From Bradyrhizobium sp. (lineage in GTDB: Bacteria > Pseudomonadota > Alphaproteobacteria > Rhizobiales > Xanthobacteraceae), in contig JAKFVP010000375.1 in the NCBI GenBank assembly GCA_021732175.1, positions 3,207 to 67,206 of the forward strand: a stretch of DNA of 64,000 nt, given 5' to 3'. The stretch's first letter is position 1. Each line of letters opens with the position of its first letter. The translations under genes and the position numbers were made by a program. Below are positions 61,623-64,000 of the stretch, piece after piece. The notes below the pieces were generated by a model. It searched no databases. It worked only from the letters and a program-made list of their open reading frames with translations, and was not told the origin of the DNA.

Positions 61623-62084
61623 ATGTGGGATCGCCGCCAACTTCTTTCTTCTCTCACCATGATTTCCGCCGTCGTGGCCTCCACCCGCCACGTCAGCGCC
61701 CAGCCAAAGAGTTCCGGGATGCCACCCATGGCCGGCATGCCTGGGGGAGGGATGACTCTGCAGATTTGCGTCGAGAGCTGCTGGCGTTCTCATATCATGT
61801 GCCTGGAAACGGAGCGTTACTGTCTCGAAAAGGGCGGCATGCATGTCATGCTGCCGCATATGACGCTGTTGGCTGACTGCGCTGAGATGTGTGAGAAAAC
61901 CGCCAATTCGCTATTGCGGCGTTCACCGCAGCATGCCGCCGTTTGCATCGCTTGCGCGCAACTTTGCGATGCTTGCGCGCAAGAGTGCGAGGCAATGAAA
62001 GAGGACGAGCGGATGGTATTATGCGCTCGAACCTGTCGCGATTGCGCCAACCGTTGTCGCGAGATGAGCAAGTTACCTATTTGA
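61623..62084 (+). CDS. Tat-exported four-helix-bundle copper-storage protein (DUF326/Csp-like)
   Basis: DRRQLL Tat motif, Met-rich linker, 15 Cys in CxxC/CxxxC spacing. Confidence 0.85.
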   Translation: MWDRRQLLSSLTMISAVVASTRHVSAQPKSSGMPPMAGMPGGGMTLQICVESCWRSHIMCLETERYCLEKGGMHVMLPHMTLLADCAEMCEKTANSLLRRSPQHAAVCIACAQLCDACAQECEAMKEDERMVLCARTCRDCANRCREMSKLPI

Positions 62085-62329
62085 CCGGTGCCAACCGTAG
62101 TCGATCTCGATCGGCTTGCCAGTCTTCAAGTCGAAGAATTGTCGATTCACGCCTTCGTTGAACAAGGGTCTTTATCTGCTTCGGTAAGTCTTCGCCTTCC
62201 AGTAGCGGTCTCAACCGATAACTTCGGAAGCGAAGCTCCCATTTGTCGCCGAATCGACCGCCCTCCGGACGGACTTAATCAGCCTTTATGCGACACACGC
62301 ACCATCTAGGATTTGCTTTCTTTCCGGAT

Positions 62330-62563
62330 TCATTGGCAAGACCAGATTCCGGTTTTCGGCCCGCCGCGGTACGTACAGGATCTTTTGTTTTCGAATGGCG
62401 GTGAGATGGGACCGATGCGTGGAATTGCCGGCCTTGGTTGTTGGCTGACGCTCGGCCGCGGGCTATCCAAGTGGCTTTCCCTTTCGCCACGATGTGCGTG
62501 ACATTGCGATGCGAAGATGATCGCGACTAGAAAGAAAAGATAGCCAAGGCCGTGTTCACGCAT
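62330..62563 (-). CDS. Small secreted protein ending CTYRGGPKTGIWSCQ
   Basis: RBS GGAGGA, signal peptide, YxGGPK motif between two Cys. Confidence 0.65.
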   Translation of the reverse strand: MREHGLGYLFFLVAIIFASQCHAHRGERESHLDSPRPSVSQQPRPAIPRIGPISPPFENKRSCTYRGGPKTGIWSCQ

Positions 62564-62710
62564 CTTCAAATCCTCCCACAAGCTGCCGAACGCAACATCG
62601 TGGCAGCGACGTTCTTTCAGAGCACGGCTTAGGACGCTTGTTAGGTCCCAGCCAACTTGTTGAAGTGTACTTGGTTGCAGGATTTTTCCACTCGTACTCC
62701 GGTGCCACTG

Positions 62711-62961
62711 TTATTGCTTGTCGCCCATGTGGATGGGACGGTTTCTGGGGCCCGCCGCTATAATGGTTACTGGTGGGGGCGCGGGCTTTGGGTGCGACAT
62801 TTCTTTGGCGAGGATGATTCATCATGTGCGGGACCTCCGTTTTCGGCCCTCCCGAATAGTGATGCGCATTTTTTATCCGTGTCAGATGCTACCTGTGCCC
62901 AGGACGGGGCCGTCAGAAACTGAAGGGCGACCACAACCATGACCAGCGTTCGTGTACTCGT
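62711..62961 (-). pseudogene. Frameshifted paralog of the 18727 HHYSGGPK protein
   Basis: Signal ..APSWAQ / AHHYSGGPKTEVPHMM..NHYSGGP / HMGDKQ*; shifts near homopolymer runs at ~62872 and ~62750. Confidence 0.8.
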
Positions 62962-63025
62962 TCTCCATCCCCGTGTGTTTGGGTGTTTAAGGCTGTAAAT
63001 TGATGCTCAAATCTCAGTTCACGGC

Positions 63026-63039
63026 TTGACGCGGATCAA
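63026..63039. promoter_or_regulatory. FixK/FNR box
   Basis: TTGACGCGGATCAA upstream of the HHYSGGPK pseudogene. Confidence 0.8.
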
Positions 63040-63176
63040 CATTGAAAACTTTGATCGGGGTGGAGGACTGGGTCTCCTCGCTCGAGAGAATGGACGGTTT
63101 GTTGCTGCCCTATACCTGCTTGATCACGCAAGGCGATCGAGTGGACCTGAGAAAGCCCCTGCCCGCGTCGGATCAA

Positions 63177-63619
63177 TCAGGCGGGCTCGAGAATCGCTTG
63201 GCCGGCAAGACCCTCGATGTCCGCCCCGGCGGCACAGATCGGTGCCGGTGGTCGGAAGGACCGCGGCGCCGGCAGCGACCGCGGGGCGAAAGGATGCGAG
63301 AGATCAACTCCCGAAGCGCGCCGCCAAATCAAGGCTGCCAGAAAACTGTCTCCGGCGTCGACCGCGCTCCGCGGCGTTGGGGAGCGATTGCGCGCGCAAG
63401 ATCTGATCGCGGGTAACAAAACAAGCGCCGCTCCAAGATGACCCATCGTCAACGCAACGACGAACACCTGGCCTTCCCCGATAAGGTCCTTGGCGCCTGC
63501 TTCCCACTCGGGGTCGCGATGTTCCGACGTGCCGCGAAGCTTCGTGACCGGCAAGATCTTGTCGATGAAGTCGACAAGTCGACAGTCGCGTTTGAGGTAA
63601 TCGTTACGATATCGACCAT
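63177..63619 (-). pseudogene. pfkB: PfkB-family kinase with internal deletion and frameshifts
   Basis: MVDIVTIT..KLRGTSEHRDP fused directly to C-terminal VALTMGHLGA..SAVDAGDSFLAALIW. Confidence 0.8.
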
Positions 63620-64000
63620 CATTTGCTTCGAACCACAGACGGATCCGCGGTCGCGACGTTTCGATCAAAATAGGTCTTCAGGCCGATGAAGCTGGCATCC
63701 GGCCTGACGATGATGTGGACGGGAATGTCCCGAAGATAGGATTCGAATCGTCCTTTATTCTCAAAGCGTTTGCGAAAATCCGATCGCGCCAAGTGATCGA
63801 TAAAACGAGGCACGATGCCTCCCGCGATATAGACGCCGCCATGAGCGCCAAAAGTAAGGGCCAAATCTCCGCAGACCACGCCCAGCAGGGAGCAAAACGT
63901 GTCGAGCGCAGCCCGGCTGACATCGCAGCTTCCGTCAAGCGCAGCTTGCGTAATCGAAGCAGCGTCGCGGTTCAGCGTCTGAACCCCGTCGATGGCAGCC
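63619..64000 (-). CDS. glk: Glucokinase, C-terminal part (5' end outside window)
   Basis: FCSLLG..GDLALTFGAHGGVYIAGGIVPRF..FRKRFENKGRF..IPV. Confidence 0.9.
   Translation of the reverse strand, partial: AAIDGVQTLNRDAASITQAALDGSCDVSRAALDTFCSLLGVVCGDLALTFGAHGGVYIAGGIVPRFIDHLARSDFRKRFENKGRFESYLRDIPVHIIVRPDASFIGLKTYFDRNVATADPSVVRSK

Noticed and set aside
13333-63619. pfkB split in two by ICE insertion
   Set aside because: Order is wrong for a minus-strand gene, and the right copy has its own N-terminus; they are two separate remnants
1-64000. tRNA/rRNA genes
   Set aside because: No cloverleaf or rRNA-like sequence recognised

Overview
GC-rich alphaproteobacterial DNA; gene content resembles Bradyrhizobium (inference). 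Three zones. (1) 1-21.2 kb: a partly decayed microoxia island dense in FixK/FNR boxes. It carries ccmI, an MtrB/PioB-like remnant, hemJ, hemerythrin, a porG-porA-porB plus PorD/GltD-fusion operon, an ABC/HlyD exporter, oleate hydratase and small secreted proteins. (2) ~21.7-54.3 kb: a largely intact Tn4371/ICEMlSym-like ICE backbone on the minus strand: trb operon, traG, relaxase with oriT, traF, repA, rdfS, +1-frameshifted fseA, qseM/qseC, toprim, strawberry-notch helicase/methylase and parB. An unusual CopG(RHH)-MFS fusion lies between traG and trbB. No integrase or att site is visible. (3) 54.3-64 kb: two back-to-back IS110-family elements whose non-coding ends contain sequences matching their own insertion site (bridge/seek RNA guides), an iota-carbonic-anhydrase-like gene between palindromes, hipA/HTH, a Tat-exported Cu-storage protein, and a second decayed FixK island (glk, pfkB remnant, HHYSGGPK paralog). 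All family assignments are from motif recognition by eye; no searches were run.
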